Positions 47,216-56,972 of a DNA stretch of 64,000 nucleotides are shown here, one piece after another; the first letter of the stretch is position 1; each line of letters begins with the position of its first letter. The translations under genes and the position numbers were made by a program. A model generated the notes under the pieces. The model saw only the letters and a list, made by a program, of their open reading frames with translations. It was not told the origin of the DNA and ran no database searches. This stretch comes from Thermodesulfobium acidiphilum (GTDB taxonomy: Bacteria > Thermodesulfobiota > Thermodesulfobiia > Thermodesulfobiales > Thermodesulfobiaceae). The stretch spans positions 394,100 through 458,099 of the forward strand of contig NZ_CP020921.1 of the NCBI RefSeq assembly GCF_003057965.1, read 5' to 3'.

Positions 47216-47469
47216 TGCCTTTTTATGAATATAAGTGTTGTGATTGTAATAATGTGTTTACTCTATTAAGGAGTGTTGATAAAAAAGATGACGCAACAAA
47301 TTGTCCAAAGTGCGGTTCTCCAAACGTGAAGAGAGTAATTTCAAGACCTATGGTTTCAAGAGCGAAATCTCCCAGTAATAGCGATAGTTCGATTGATATT
47401 AGTTCAACTACTTCGAGTTCTTCTTGTGCAGGTTGTTCTGGAGGAGATTGCAGTTCTTGTGGCCTATAA
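47215..47469 (+). CDS. FmdB-family zinc ribbon protein
   Basis: MPFYEYKC..C..CPKCGS, Cys-rich tail. Confidence 0.88.
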   Translation: MPFYEYKCCDCNNVFTLLRSVDKKDDATNCPKCGSPNVKRVISRPMVSRAKSPSNSDSSIDISSTTSSSSCAGCSGGDCSSCGL

Positions 47470-48044
47470 ATAAAAATTTTGTTTTAATTTTAGCGCTTTT
47501 TTTTGTAACTTTTGCAGGTGTTTTTTATTTAAATAATCTTGAAGTTTCTAATAAGAGGTATTCTTTTGATCTAAAAAAGCAGCAACTAACGCCTAAAAGT
47601 ATTTTCAATTTTAATTTTGATGGTTTGAAAGTTGATAGTGGTGGAGGGGGGTTAGGGAAATTAACACTCAGCGATTTATTTTCTTTTAAAAATTCAAGCG
47701 TTATTTTAGACAATAATGTTCACATCAGCAATAAAGATTTTAATCTATATACAAAAGAAGTTGAATATAAACCCTTTGAAAAAACCGCTTATGCAAAGGG
47801 AGAGGTTCTTGTAGAGGGAAGAGACTTCTTCTTTTTTGGAAAGGACGCATATCTTGAAAAAACTTCTTCGGGAGTAGTTTTAAGTTTACAGAATATAGAT
47901 GGTGTGATATTTAAAGGTCCGTTTACTGCCAACAAGATTTCGTATAACATAAATACAAAACAATTGTCGGTTGAGAACTCAGTAATTCACATCTGGAAAA
48001 TTCCTGTTATGTGGCTGCCTACCATATCTATTGAGATTAATTAA
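47424..48044 (+). CDS. LptA/LptD-N (OstA)-like beta-jellyroll protein (start uncertain)
   Basis: N-terminal TM; AYAKGEV and IWKIPVMWLP resemble the LptD N-domain. Confidence 0.5.
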   Translation: MCRLFWRRLQFLWPINKNFVLILALFFVTFAGVFYLNNLEVSNKRYSFDLKKQQLTPKSIFNFNFDGLKVDSGGGGLGKLTLSDLFSFKNSSVILDNNVHISNKDFNLYTKEVEYKPFEKTAYAKGEVLVEGRDFFFFGKDAYLEKTSSGVVLSLQNIDGVIFKGPFTANKISYNINTKQLSVENSVIHIWKIPVMWLPTISIEIN

Positions 48045-48516
48045 CGTTTTTATTAATCCATATTCTTCCTGTAGCAGTTCCTATTATAATATCTATTTCT
48101 TTGTTAATCTGTTTACATATCAACGATATTTTTCCGCCGCCCTCATTAGGAACTCCATGTATACTAAAACTACATCTGTTAGATGAACCACAATAGGCAT
48201 TTTTAAAGGTTATTTTGTTTGCCAGATCGAATCTTGATGATTGTTTGCCATTGTTGGAAAAGATATAATATGCGTTTTGATTGATATCAAATAAAATTGA
48301 ATTATTAGTTTCTCCGTTGAAAGCTGAATTTCTTATAATTCTAAGATTTTCGGCAATTAAATCGGCCTGATTTTCTAATTGCCAATTTAAAATAATGTTT
48401 TCTAGGTATGCTGGTGCTATAGAAAATAGACAGATAGAAACAATTAATATAGAAAGGATAAGTTCAAGGAAGGTTATACCTGAGCTATTCTTTGTGTTTT
48501 TTGATTTGATTTTCAA
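48037..48516 (-). CDS. Type IV pilin-like / pseudopilin
   Basis: Prepilin motif G|ITFLELIL plus hydrophobic helix; TGRI near the C-terminus. Confidence 0.8.
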   Translation of the reverse strand: MKIKSKNTKNSSGITFLELILSILIVSICLFSIAPAYLENIILNWQLENQADLIAENLRIIRNSAFNGETNNSILFDINQNAYYIFSNNGKQSSRFDLANKITFKNAYCGSSNRCSFSIHGVPNEGGGKISLICKQINKEIDIIIGTATGRIWINKNVN

Positions 48517-49996
48517 TCTTTTTTGCTAATTCAATAGCTTTTTTTGTATACTCTTCTTTGTTCTCCCAGGAATTTATTGGATTTAGTATTTCTGGTGCGA
48601 TGCCCTCAAGATATTCTGGTATAGTAAGTCCAAAGTATTTGTCTTTTATAAATTTTGAGTTTTCAATTGTTCCTTCGATTATATGTTTTACTATAGTTCT
48701 TGTAGTTTTGATATCTATTCTTTTGCCAATGCCAAATGGCCCACCAATCCAGCCAGTATTTAAGAGGTATATTCTTACACTATGCTCCCTTATTTTCTTT
48801 TCAAGTAATGAGGCATACTCTATTGGTTTTCTTGGCATAAATGGAGCTCCAAAACAAAAAGAGAAGGTAGTCTGTGGTTCAATTATTCCTCTTTCTGTGC
48901 CTGCTAATTTGCTAGTATAACCGCATAAAAAGTAATCCCTGGCATCTTGAGGGCTTAGTTTTGCAACTGGTGGCATAACTCCGAAAGCATCTGCTGTGAG
49001 GAAAATAATGCATTTTGGATGTGGACCGTATAGTTTATCGTGGGCTATGCTAACTGCTTTCATGGGATATGCAGCTCTTGTATTTTCTGTGATAGATGAA
49101 TCTGTGTAATCTGGAGTTCTATCTTTAGTAAGGATTACATTTTCTAATAGACTACCAAATTTGATTGAATTATAGATTATGGGTTCGTTTTCACGAGATA
49201 GATTAATACACTTAGCATAACAGCCACCTTCAAAATTAAAAATTCCGTTTTCGGACCAGCCGTGTTCATCGTCGCCAATTAACTTTCTTTCTGGGTCGTT
49301 AGATAGGGTAGTTTTTCCTGTACCAGAAAGTCCAAAAAAAAGTGCTACATCGTTGTTTTTTCCAATATTTGCACTGCAATGCATTGGAAGGACTTCCTTT
49401 TCTGGTAGAAAATAATTCATACAGGTAAATATTGCTTTTTTTATTTCTCCGCAATACATACTTCCAGATATTATTATTGTTTTTTCTTTCAGATTAAGAA
49501 TTATTGCTGCATCAGAGTTAGTTTTGTCAGTTTCTGGATCAACAGAAAAACCTGGTAAAACAAACATTGTAAAAGAATTTTTTGCTATTTTGTTTTTGCT
49601 ATTTATAAACAAAAATTTTGAAAAAAGAGCTGAAAAGGCATATTCGCAAAAAATGTGAACGTTAAATTGATAATCTGGATCCGCTCCTACAGAGCCGCTA
49701 AATTCTAAAATATCTTTATTTTGCATATAAGCCGAAGCTTTTGATTTTATAATTTTGTAGTTCTCTTCTGGTAGAGGTAGGTTTATCTTTCCCCAATCAA
49801 CAGTATCTTTAGTTATATCGTCATAAACTATAAATCTATCGTTTGGGGATCTGCCTGTAAACTTGCCTGTTCTAACACAAAGAGAACCGTCGCTCGATAA
49901 TACCCCCTCGCCATTTTTTATGGCTAGTTCTATTAGTTCTGGGACGCTAAGGTTTTTTTTAATACTTCTAACATTTTTTGGAATAAAGTTTGACAT
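48485..49996 (-). CDS. pckA: Phosphoenolpyruvate carboxykinase (ATP)
   Basis: TGRSP, MHCSAN, FFGLSGTGKTTLS, IGDDEHGW, EGGCYAK. Confidence 0.95.
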   Translation of the reverse strand: MSNFIPKNVRSIKKNLSVPELIELAIKNGEGVLSSDGSLCVRTGKFTGRSPNDRFIVYDDITKDTVDWGKINLPLPEENYKIIKSKASAYMQNKDILEFSGSVGADPDYQFNVHIFCEYAFSALFSKFLFINSKNKIAKNSFTMFVLPGFSVDPETDKTNSDAAIILNLKEKTIIISGSMYCGEIKKAIFTCMNYFLPEKEVLPMHCSANIGKNNDVALFFGLSGTGKTTLSNDPERKLIGDDEHGWSENGIFNFEGGCYAKCINLSRENEPIIYNSIKFGSLLENVILTKDRTPDYTDSSITENTRAAYPMKAVSIAHDKLYGPHPKCIIFLTADAFGVMPPVAKLSPQDARDYFLCGYTSKLAGTERGIIEPQTTFSFCFGAPFMPRKPIEYASLLEKKIREHSVRIYLLNTGWIGGPFGIGKRIDIKTTRTIVKHIIEGTIENSKFIKDKYFGLTIPEYLEGIAPEILNPINSWENKEEYTKKAIELAKKIENQIKKHKE

Positions 49997-50088
49997 CGCT
50001 TTCAATTCGTCACCCCGCAATTATCTAAATGAACGATTTAATTTTAACACAATTGTTATAAAATTAATAAAAAAAGGTGAGGTTTTTA

Positions 50089-51468
50089 ATGAACAACAAT
50101 AAGCCCCTTACTTTATATGAACTTAATCTTATGATACAAAAGGTTATTAAAGACAATTTTGAAAGCGATATACCTTTAATTGCTGAGGTATCAAGAATAA
50201 TTCATAATCCTAGTGGTTTTGTTAGTATTGAACTGATCGAAAAGAAAGATAATCAGATAATTGCCAAAAATCGTGCTTTTATTTGGAGCGATAAGAAATT
50301 TATAATGGATGTTTTTGAAACGATAGTTGGCGAAAAGCTTTCAGAAGGGATGAAAATTCTTGCGAGGGTAAAGGTTACTTACCATCCATCTTATGGCTTG
50401 GCTTTGAACATTTTTAATATAGATCCATCTTATACTATTGGCGAAATGCAGTTGAAAAAGAACCAGATACTGGCAAAACTTGAGAACGAAGGTTTACTTG
50501 AATTAAACAAATCTCTTGAACTTCCACTTGTTCCTCAAAATATTGCGCTTATTTCATCTGAAAGTGCAGCTGGGTATGAGGACTTTATTAGACATCTTAT
50601 TTATAATGAAAAAGGATATAATTTTAATGTAAAACTATTTTCTTCTGTAATGCAGGGTAAAGACGTTGAAAATTCAATTATAAGCTCTTTGGACGCTATA
50701 GCTGAATACAGAAATTTTGAAGTGGTAGTTATTGTGAGGGGAGGGGGATCGGTAGGAGAGTTAGATTGTTTCAACAGTTATAATCTAGCAAAAAAGATCT
50801 CACAATTTCCGATCCCGGTTCTTGTAGGAATTGGGCACGATAGAGATAAAACAGTTTTAGATTACGTTGCTTATGAAGGATTTAAAAATCCTACTGCTGT
50901 AGCACATTTTTTGATAAACAGAGTAGAAGCCTTTGAAAACCAACTTAAAGATAAGTTATATAAAATATTTAGTTTAAGTTCTGAAAAAATAGACAGAGAA
51001 ATAAAAACTGTAGAAAGAGTATCTATCAGGATCAAAGAAAAAATACTTGAAAATTTGAACACCTCAAAATCAAATATTAACTATATAGGTAATAGGATCT
51101 TTCCTGATTTTTTAAGAAGAATTGATTTGGAAAAAAGAAAGTCTGACAAAATTCTTTTCAATATCTTTTCAAGACTAAAAGAAAGAGTAGGGGACGAGTA
51201 TTCATTTTTGCAAGGAAAGGAATACGAATTAAAAAGTAAAGTCATATCAGTATTTCAAGAAAATAAAAATTTTGTTGCAAATCTTGAAAGAGAAATAAGA
51301 TTAAAGGACCCCAGAGAAATCTTGAAAAGAGGTTTTTCTATTACAACTTTACAAGGAAAGGTAATTAAAAATTATGAAGATGTTGCAGAAGGCTCAAGTA
51401 TTTTGACACATTTTTTTAACTTTGATCTTTTTAGCGTAGTAGAAAGGAAGGTAAAAACTAATGAATGA
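50089..51468 (+). CDS. xseA: Exodeoxyribonuclease VII large subunit
   Basis: OB-fold N-terminus, RGGGS, GIGHDRD, PTAVA, LKRGFS. Confidence 0.92.
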   Translation: MNNNKPLTLYELNLMIQKVIKDNFESDIPLIAEVSRIIHNPSGFVSIELIEKKDNQIIAKNRAFIWSDKKFIMDVFETIVGEKLSEGMKILARVKVTYHPSYGLALNIFNIDPSYTIGEMQLKKNQILAKLENEGLLELNKSLELPLVPQNIALISSESAAGYEDFIRHLIYNEKGYNFNVKLFSSVMQGKDVENSIISSLDAIAEYRNFEVVVIVRGGGSVGELDCFNSYNLAKKISQFPIPVLVGIGHDRDKTVLDYVAYEGFKNPTAVAHFLINRVEAFENQLKDKLYKIFSLSSEKIDREIKTVERVSIRIKEKILENLNTSKSNINYIGNRIFPDFLRRIDLEKRKSDKILFNIFSRLKERVGDEYSFLQGKEYELKSKVISVFQENKNFVANLEREIRLKDPREILKRGFSITTLQGKVIKNYEDVAEGSSILTHFFNFDLFSVVERKVKTNE

Positions 51469-51658
51469 AGAAATAAGTTACAAAGAAGCTTTAGATGAAT
51501 TAAATTCTATTGTCCAAAAGATTGAATCCGACGAAATTGATATGGATGAGCTCTCTAATATTGTGAAAAGGGCATTGTTTTTAGTAAATCTTTGTAAAAG
51601 CAAGTTAAAGAAAACAGAAGATGAGCTACAAAGCATGTTCAATGAGCTAAACTCTTAA
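51461..51658 (+). CDS. xseB: Exodeoxyribonuclease VII small subunit
   Basis: YKEALDEL..IE..C..KL; follows xseA. Confidence 0.9.
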   Translation: MNEEISYKEALDELNSIVQKIESDEIDMDELSNIVKRALFLVNLCKSKLKKTEDELQSMFNELNS

Positions 51659-51838
51659 TGGTTATATAAAAAAAGTTTTTTAATATATAAATACTTATTA
51701 AATTCAATCCTGTTTTTTTGTGATAGTATCAATGATGACCTGGATTTAATCTTTAAGAAAGGGGGTTGTTGAATTTAGATATAAATTTTGTTATACTATC
51801 CATAAGTCAAAATTATATATTAAGGGGGTATTTTCTTA

Positions 51839-52741
51839 ATGTCAGATGTTTATGTAGTTGGTCACAAGGCACCAGACACCGACAGCGTTTGCTCTGCTAT
51901 TGTTTATGCTGAATTGAAAGGTTATAATAGCGCAAGAGCAGGCGAGCTAAACGATGAGACAAAGTTTGTTTTAAACAAGTTTGGATTTAAAGAACCCGAA
52001 TTACTTGAAAACGTTGAGGGGAAAAAGCTCGTACTGGTAGATCACAATGAAGCTTCACAAAGAGTTTGTGGCGAAGATTCATCGATGGTTATAGAAATAA
52101 TCGACCATCACAAGTTTAATTTTGTAAATAACACTCCAATTTACATTTTGAATGAACCCCTTGGTTCAACCTGTACAATTTTGGCCAAGCATTATATGGA
52201 CAAGATTAAGGATAAACCCAAATTGGCAGGTCTTTTGTTGAGTGCGCTTCTTTCTGACACCGTTATTTTTAAGTCTCCAACAACTACAGAAGAGGATAAA
52301 AAGATTGCTCAAGAGCTTGCAAAGATTGCAGGTATAGATGACATCAATGCTTTTGGTATAGAGATAAAGAAAGTACAAGGCAGCATTATTGGCAAGCCAA
52401 TTGATAGTGTAGTTAAGAAAGACTATAAAGACTTTGATTTTGGTGGCAAGAAGGTTGGTATTGGCCAAACTGAAATCCTTGATATTAATGAAGCTTATGA
52501 CAGAAAAAATGAGATAATCAAGTTTATAGAAGAATTAAAGAATTCTGGTGGATATGCAATGGTAGCCTTTGCCGCAACAGATATTATGAAAGAGGGATCA
52601 GAGTTATTCTTTGCTGGTGATCCTGGTATAATTGAAAAGGCCTTTGGGAAGAAACCAGAAGGAAATTCTTTGTGGCTTCCTGGAGTTATGTCGAGAAAGA
52701 AACAAATTGCACCGCCTCTGGAGAAGGCTTTTAAATCGTAA
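51839..52741 (+). CDS. ppaC: Mn-dependent (family II) inorganic pyrophosphatase
   Basis: GHKAPDTDS, LVDHNE, DHH, SDT, SRKKQ. Confidence 0.95.
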   Translation: MSDVYVVGHKAPDTDSVCSAIVYAELKGYNSARAGELNDETKFVLNKFGFKEPELLENVEGKKLVLVDHNEASQRVCGEDSSMVIEIIDHHKFNFVNNTPIYILNEPLGSTCTILAKHYMDKIKDKPKLAGLLLSALLSDTVIFKSPTTTEEDKKIAQELAKIAGIDDINAFGIEIKKVQGSIIGKPIDSVVKKDYKDFDFGGKKVGIGQTEILDINEAYDRKNEIIKFIEELKNSGGYAMVAFAATDIMKEGSELFFAGDPGIIEKAFGKKPEGNSLWLPGVMSRKKQIAPPLEKAFKS

Positions 52742-52763
52742 TTTAAGGATTATAAAAATATTT

Positions 52764-52800
52764 CCCCCTCACCTTTTTGAGGGGGTTTTATTTTTTTTTC
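52764..52800 (+). terminator. Rho-independent terminator
   Basis: CCCCCTCA..TGAGGGGG followed by a T-rich run. Confidence 0.85.
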
Positions 52801-52850
52801 TTATATTTTTGCTATAATTAATGCAAATTTTTGAGGAGGTAATAAATTAA

Positions 52851-54089
52851 TTGTTATCAATTAGAAAATTGTTTTCAATCAGAAAGAAGAAAGAAAGTAG
52901 CAATTTAGAACAAAAAAGCTTACAAAATGAGAAGAAGGACAAAAGGTTTAGGTTTGGGTTTGGTTTTCTAAAGAACATAAAATTTTGGTTGGGCGTGTTG
53001 GTTGTCGTTTTGGTTGTTTCAGGTGCATATACACTGTTTGAATTTCAACCTGTTGCAACTGTTAATGGTGAACCAATAAGAAGATATGAATATGAAAAGA
53101 CATTAGGTGATGCTGTTAGTTATTATGAGCAATATGGAATAAATCTTTATGATCCTAAGGAAGCTTCTTTTTTCCTCGAGTTAAAAAAACAAGTATTAAA
53201 TCACATGATAGATAATAAGATAATTACTCAAGAAGCCAAAAAAGAAAATATAAAAATTACTCCTTCTGAAGTGGATGCAAGAATTGATGAAATAAAGAAA
53301 AGCTTTCCATCAGAAAAGGATTTTTTTGAAGCTTTAGCTAAACAAAAGATATCAATGGGCGAGTTAAGAAATATTATTGAACAGCAACTGACAGCTGAAG
53401 CTCTATTTAAGAAATTAACTTCTAATGTAACTATATCAGAAGCTGAGGTGAAAGCCTATTATGAAGAACACAAAAAGGAGTTTGTACAGCCAGAACAAAT
53501 CCACTTGAGACATATTTTAGTCAAAACAGAGCAAGAAGCTAATTATATTTACGAACAGCTTAAGCAGGGAAAGGATTTTGCTACCCTTGCAAAAGAGTAT
53601 TCAATTGATACGCCTACAAAGGATAAGGGGGGAGATCTTGGTTGGATCTCAAAAGCAAGTCTGGTTCCTGATCTAGCTAAGGCAGCAGATGAACTAAAGG
53701 ATAACGAATTTTCTAAACCAATAAAAAGTCCTTTTGGATATCATATAATTGAAAAACTTGGCACCAGACCATCAAAAGAACTCTCGTTTGATGAGGTTAA
53801 AAATACTTTAACTGCTCAACTTCTCAGAAATAAACAGGCTCAGAGTTTGGAGAAGTGGTTTAAGGAGAAGAAAGAGCAATCAAAGATTACTCCTGATCCA
53901 ATTGTTGCGCCTATGGATAATCCAGTTATAACAGCCTGGGAGAGGTTTAAGTTTTGGTTAGTTTCTTTGTTAAATAAAACAAGAGAGGGTAAACCAATCC
54001 AGGGGCCACAACCAACTACGAATCCTAATACGAATTCTCAGGGTGAGAGTCAAGGTTCGCAAAGTCAACAAAACTCTCAGAGCAAATAA
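52851..54089 (+). CDS. PrsA/SurA-like parvulin peptidyl-prolyl isomerase
   Basis: VATVNG, HILV, FATLAKEYS, GGDLG, FGYHII. Confidence 0.88.
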   Translation: MLSIRKLFSIRKKKESSNLEQKSLQNEKKDKRFRFGFGFLKNIKFWLGVLVVVLVVSGAYTLFEFQPVATVNGEPIRRYEYEKTLGDAVSYYEQYGINLYDPKEASFFLELKKQVLNHMIDNKIITQEAKKENIKITPSEVDARIDEIKKSFPSEKDFFEALAKQKISMGELRNIIEQQLTAEALFKKLTSNVTISEAEVKAYYEEHKKEFVQPEQIHLRHILVKTEQEANYIYEQLKQGKDFATLAKEYSIDTPTKDKGGDLGWISKASLVPDLAKAADELKDNEFSKPIKSPFGYHIIEKLGTRPSKELSFDEVKNTLTAQLLRNKQAQSLEKWFKEKKEQSKITPDPIVAPMDNPVITAWERFKFWLVSLLNKTREGKPIQGPQPTTNPNTNSQGESQGSQSQQNSQSK

Positions 54090-54099
54090 AAGTAAAAAT

Positions 54100-54903
54100 A
54101 TGGACGATTTCTTGTCTAAAGATCGTTATAATTTTTCTGATTTAGTCGAAATAGTAAAAATTCTTCGATCAGAGAAGGGATGTCCTTGGGACAAAAAACA
54201 AACACACGAAAGTATAAAATCGAACTTAATTGAAGAAGCTTATGAAGTAATAGATGCAATTGATAAGAAGAATATCTCTTCTTTAAGAGAAGAGCTAGGA
54301 GATTTGCTTTTACAGGTGGTTTTTCATTCACAGATGGAAGCTGAGAAGAAGGCTTTTGACATCTATGACGTTATAGACTCTTTGGTAAAAAAATTAATTT
54401 ACAGACATCCACACGTTTTTGGAGATGTCTGTGTGAAAGATTCTGATGAAGTATTAAAAAGATGGGAAAATTTAAAACTAAAGTCTAATAATAACGCATT
54501 TGAAGAAAGTATTTTTTCTGGCTTTACCACAGCTCTTCCAGCTCTCATACTAGCTTACAAGGCTCAAAGGAGAGCTAAAAATGTTGGTTTCGATTGGGAT
54601 AATTATGATGATATTGTGGAAAAGATCAAAGAAGAAATTGATGAATTTAAAAGTACTGTGAATTCCAATAATAGAGATAAAATGATAGATGAAATGGGAG
54701 ATATTCTTTTTAGCGTGGTAAATTTGGCTAGGTTTTTTAATATATATCCAGAAGACGCATTGAGGCTTTCTACTTTGAAGTTTATAAAAAGGTTTGTCTT
54801 GATGGAAAGGATTATAAGAGATGATAATTTGAAGATTTCAGATCTTGATATTGAAAAGCTAGATTTTTATTGGGAAAAAGCAAAAGAATTTGAGACTGGA
54901 TAA
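54100..54903 (+). CDS. mazG: Nucleoside triphosphate pyrophosphohydrolase
   Basis: GCPWDKKQT, EEAYE, EELGDLL, RHPHVF. Confidence 0.93.
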   Translation: MDDFLSKDRYNFSDLVEIVKILRSEKGCPWDKKQTHESIKSNLIEEAYEVIDAIDKKNISSLREELGDLLLQVVFHSQMEAEKKAFDIYDVIDSLVKKLIYRHPHVFGDVCVKDSDEVLKRWENLKLKSNNNAFEESIFSGFTTALPALILAYKAQRRAKNVGFDWDNYDDIVEKIKEEIDEFKSTVNSNNRDKMIDEMGDILFSVVNLARFFNIYPEDALRLSTLKFIKRFVLMERIIRDDNLKISDLDIEKLDFYWEKAKEFETG

Positions 54904-55114
54904 GTGGCTTAAAATAACAGGTTTGATAAAGAGAAGAACAATAGCTAAAGAAATGTGTGAGTGTGGATTTGTTCTGGTTAATGGAAGGGTTGCGAAGCCA
55001 GATTATAGCGTAAAGGTAGGAGATAGAATTGAAATCGTTTCCCCAAAGTTAATAACTGTAATTGTTGAAGATGAATTACCAAAAAGAGGTATCGGATACA
55101 AGATTTCGACCTAG
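54890..55114 (+). CDS. S4 RNA-binding protein (YabO/Hsp15-like)
   Basis: MRLDKWL..KRRTIAKE. Confidence 0.9.
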   Translation: MRLDKWLKITGLIKRRTIAKEMCECGFVLVNGRVAKPDYSVKVGDRIEIVSPKLITVIVEDELPKRGIGYKIST

Positions 55115-55412
55115 ATCAAGGCCCAATAAATATGGGCCTATAAGGACTTTGTGGTTTTTTATATTAATAATTCTTTTGGTTATACTAACTTTGTGGGTTA
55201 TAGATGGATTAAATAAAGTTGCTATTTTAAACAAAGAAAAGGCATCTTTATTGGAGAAGAAGAAAAGACTAGAAAGTGAAATAAATGTTCTTAATAGAAG
55301 AAGTGAACTATTTAACGATCCGGTATGGTTGGATTTTTATTTGAGGAAGAACTATTCTTTTTTGCATAAAGACGAAAAACTTATAATTATAAAAAAAGAT
55401 GGAGGTAGTTAA
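55071..55412 (+). CDS. Septum formation initiator (DivIC/FtsB family)
   Basis: TM plus coiled coil; mazG-yabO-divIC-yabR synteny. Confidence 0.7.
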   Translation: MNYQKEVSDTRFRPRSRPNKYGPIRTLWFFILIILLVILTLWVIDGLNKVAILNKEKASLLEKKKRLESEINVLNRRSELFNDPVWLDFYLRKNYSFLHKDEKLIIIKKDGGS

Positions 55413-55418
55413 GACTTT

Positions 55419-55760
55419 ATGGTTCATATCATGCCCGGGGAATTTTATGAGGGTGTAGTAATTGGAACGGCAAAATTTGGAGCTTTTGTTGAACTTCCCT
55501 CAGGTGAGATAGGTCTTGTACACATTTCAGAGGTATCAGATGATTATGTAAAAGACGTTGATACGGTAATAAAAAAGGGTGACAAAATAAGAGTAAAGGT
55601 ATTATCTATTAAAAACGATGGTAAAATTGAACTTTCGATCAAACAAGCTACAATAAGTTTTGAAGACAAGATGAATATCTTTAAAAAACAAAGTGAAGAA
55701 AGACTTCTTGATTTAAAAAGAAGTTTGGAGCCAAAACGTAAGGGAAAAAGGCAAAAATAG
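55419..55760 (+). CDS. S1 RNA-binding protein (YabR-like)
   Basis: FGAFV..GLVHISEV..SFEDKM..SEERL. Confidence 0.9.
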   Translation: MVHIMPGEFYEGVVIGTAKFGAFVELPSGEIGLVHISEVSDDYVKDVDTVIKKGDKIRVKVLSIKNDGKIELSIKQATISFEDKMNIFKKQSEERLLDLKRSLEPKRKGKRQK

Positions 55761-55769
55761 GAGGTTATT

Positions 55770-56972
55770 GTGAAGAAAAAGGTAGTATTAGCTTATTCTG
55801 GCGGATTAGACACATCTGTAGCCATAAAGTGGCTACAGGAAAAATATGACTCTGAAGTTATAACCCTTACTGTAGATATTGGACAGGGAGAGGAAATTGA
55901 ACCAATTGTTGAGAAGGCAAGAAATGTTGGTGCAATAAAAGCAATTGCTTTAGATTTAAGGCGTGAATTTTTAACTGATTATGCATTTAAGGCGCTTAAA
56001 GCTAACTGTACTTATGAATACAATTATCATCTTTCTGCAGCTCTTTCCAGGCCGCTAATTGCATCTTATCTTGTAAAGCTTGCTAAGGAAAACAATGCTT
56101 CGGCAGTATCCCATGGTTGTACCGCAAAAGGAAACGATCAGGTAAGGTTTGATCTGACAATAAAGACTCTTAAAGAAGATCTTGCAATATGGGCACCAAT
56201 GAGAGAATGGGTTATGACAAGAGAAGAAGAGATTGATTATGCTCAAAAAAACAATATACCGGTCCCAGTTGGTAGAAAAAGCCCCTTTTCAATCGATTTG
56301 AATTTGTGGGGCAGGAGTATAGAGGCAGGTCCAATAGAAGATATTGAAAAGGAGCCACCTGAGGAAGCATTTCAACTTGTCGTGTCGCCTGAAAAGGCAC
56401 CTGACAAACCAGAATACGTTGAAATTGAGTTTGAAAATAATGTTCCAGTAGGACTTAACTCTAACAGGATGAATCCAGAAGATCTTGTGGAGAGACTGAA
56501 TAAAATTGCAGGTTCTCATGGGATTGGTCGTTCTGATATGGTTGAAAATAGATTGGTTGGCATAAAAACGAGAGAAGTTTATGAGGCTCCTGCTGCTACA
56601 GTTCTGGTAAAGGCACACAGAGATCTGGAATCTCTTGTTTTGCCAAGAGACCTGTTTCACTTTAAATCTTTAATAGACGAAAAGTATTCTTGTCTGATAT
56701 ATGATGGCCTCTGGTTTTCACCCTTGAAGAAAGCTCTTGATTCCTTTATAGACTCTTTTAGCGAAAGGATTACAGGAAAGATAAAGATAAAGCTCTTTAA
56801 AGGAAGTTTGACTGTGGTTAGCAGAAGTTCTCCTTTTAGCATGTATCAACAAGATCTGGCAACTTACGGTCAAAATGACTCCTTTTTGCACAACAGCGCA
56901 GTGGGCTTTATAGATATATTTAGTTTGCCAAATAGGGTTTATCATAGGGTAGGACATGGGAAAAAGTTTTAG
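55770..56972 (+). CDS. argG: Argininosuccinate synthase
   Basis: AYSGGLDTS, KGNDQVRF, ENRLVGIK. Confidence 0.96.
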   Translation: MKKKVVLAYSGGLDTSVAIKWLQEKYDSEVITLTVDIGQGEEIEPIVEKARNVGAIKAIALDLRREFLTDYAFKALKANCTYEYNYHLSAALSRPLIASYLVKLAKENNASAVSHGCTAKGNDQVRFDLTIKTLKEDLAIWAPMREWVMTREEEIDYAQKNNIPVPVGRKSPFSIDLNLWGRSIEAGPIEDIEKEPPEEAFQLVVSPEKAPDKPEYVEIEFENNVPVGLNSNRMNPEDLVERLNKIAGSHGIGRSDMVENRLVGIKTREVYEAPAATVLVKAHRDLESLVLPRDLFHFKSLIDEKYSCLIYDGLWFSPLKKALDSFIDSFSERITGKIKIKLFKGSLTVVSRSSPFSMYQQDLATYGQNDSFLHNSAVGFIDIFSLPNRVYHRVGHGKKF

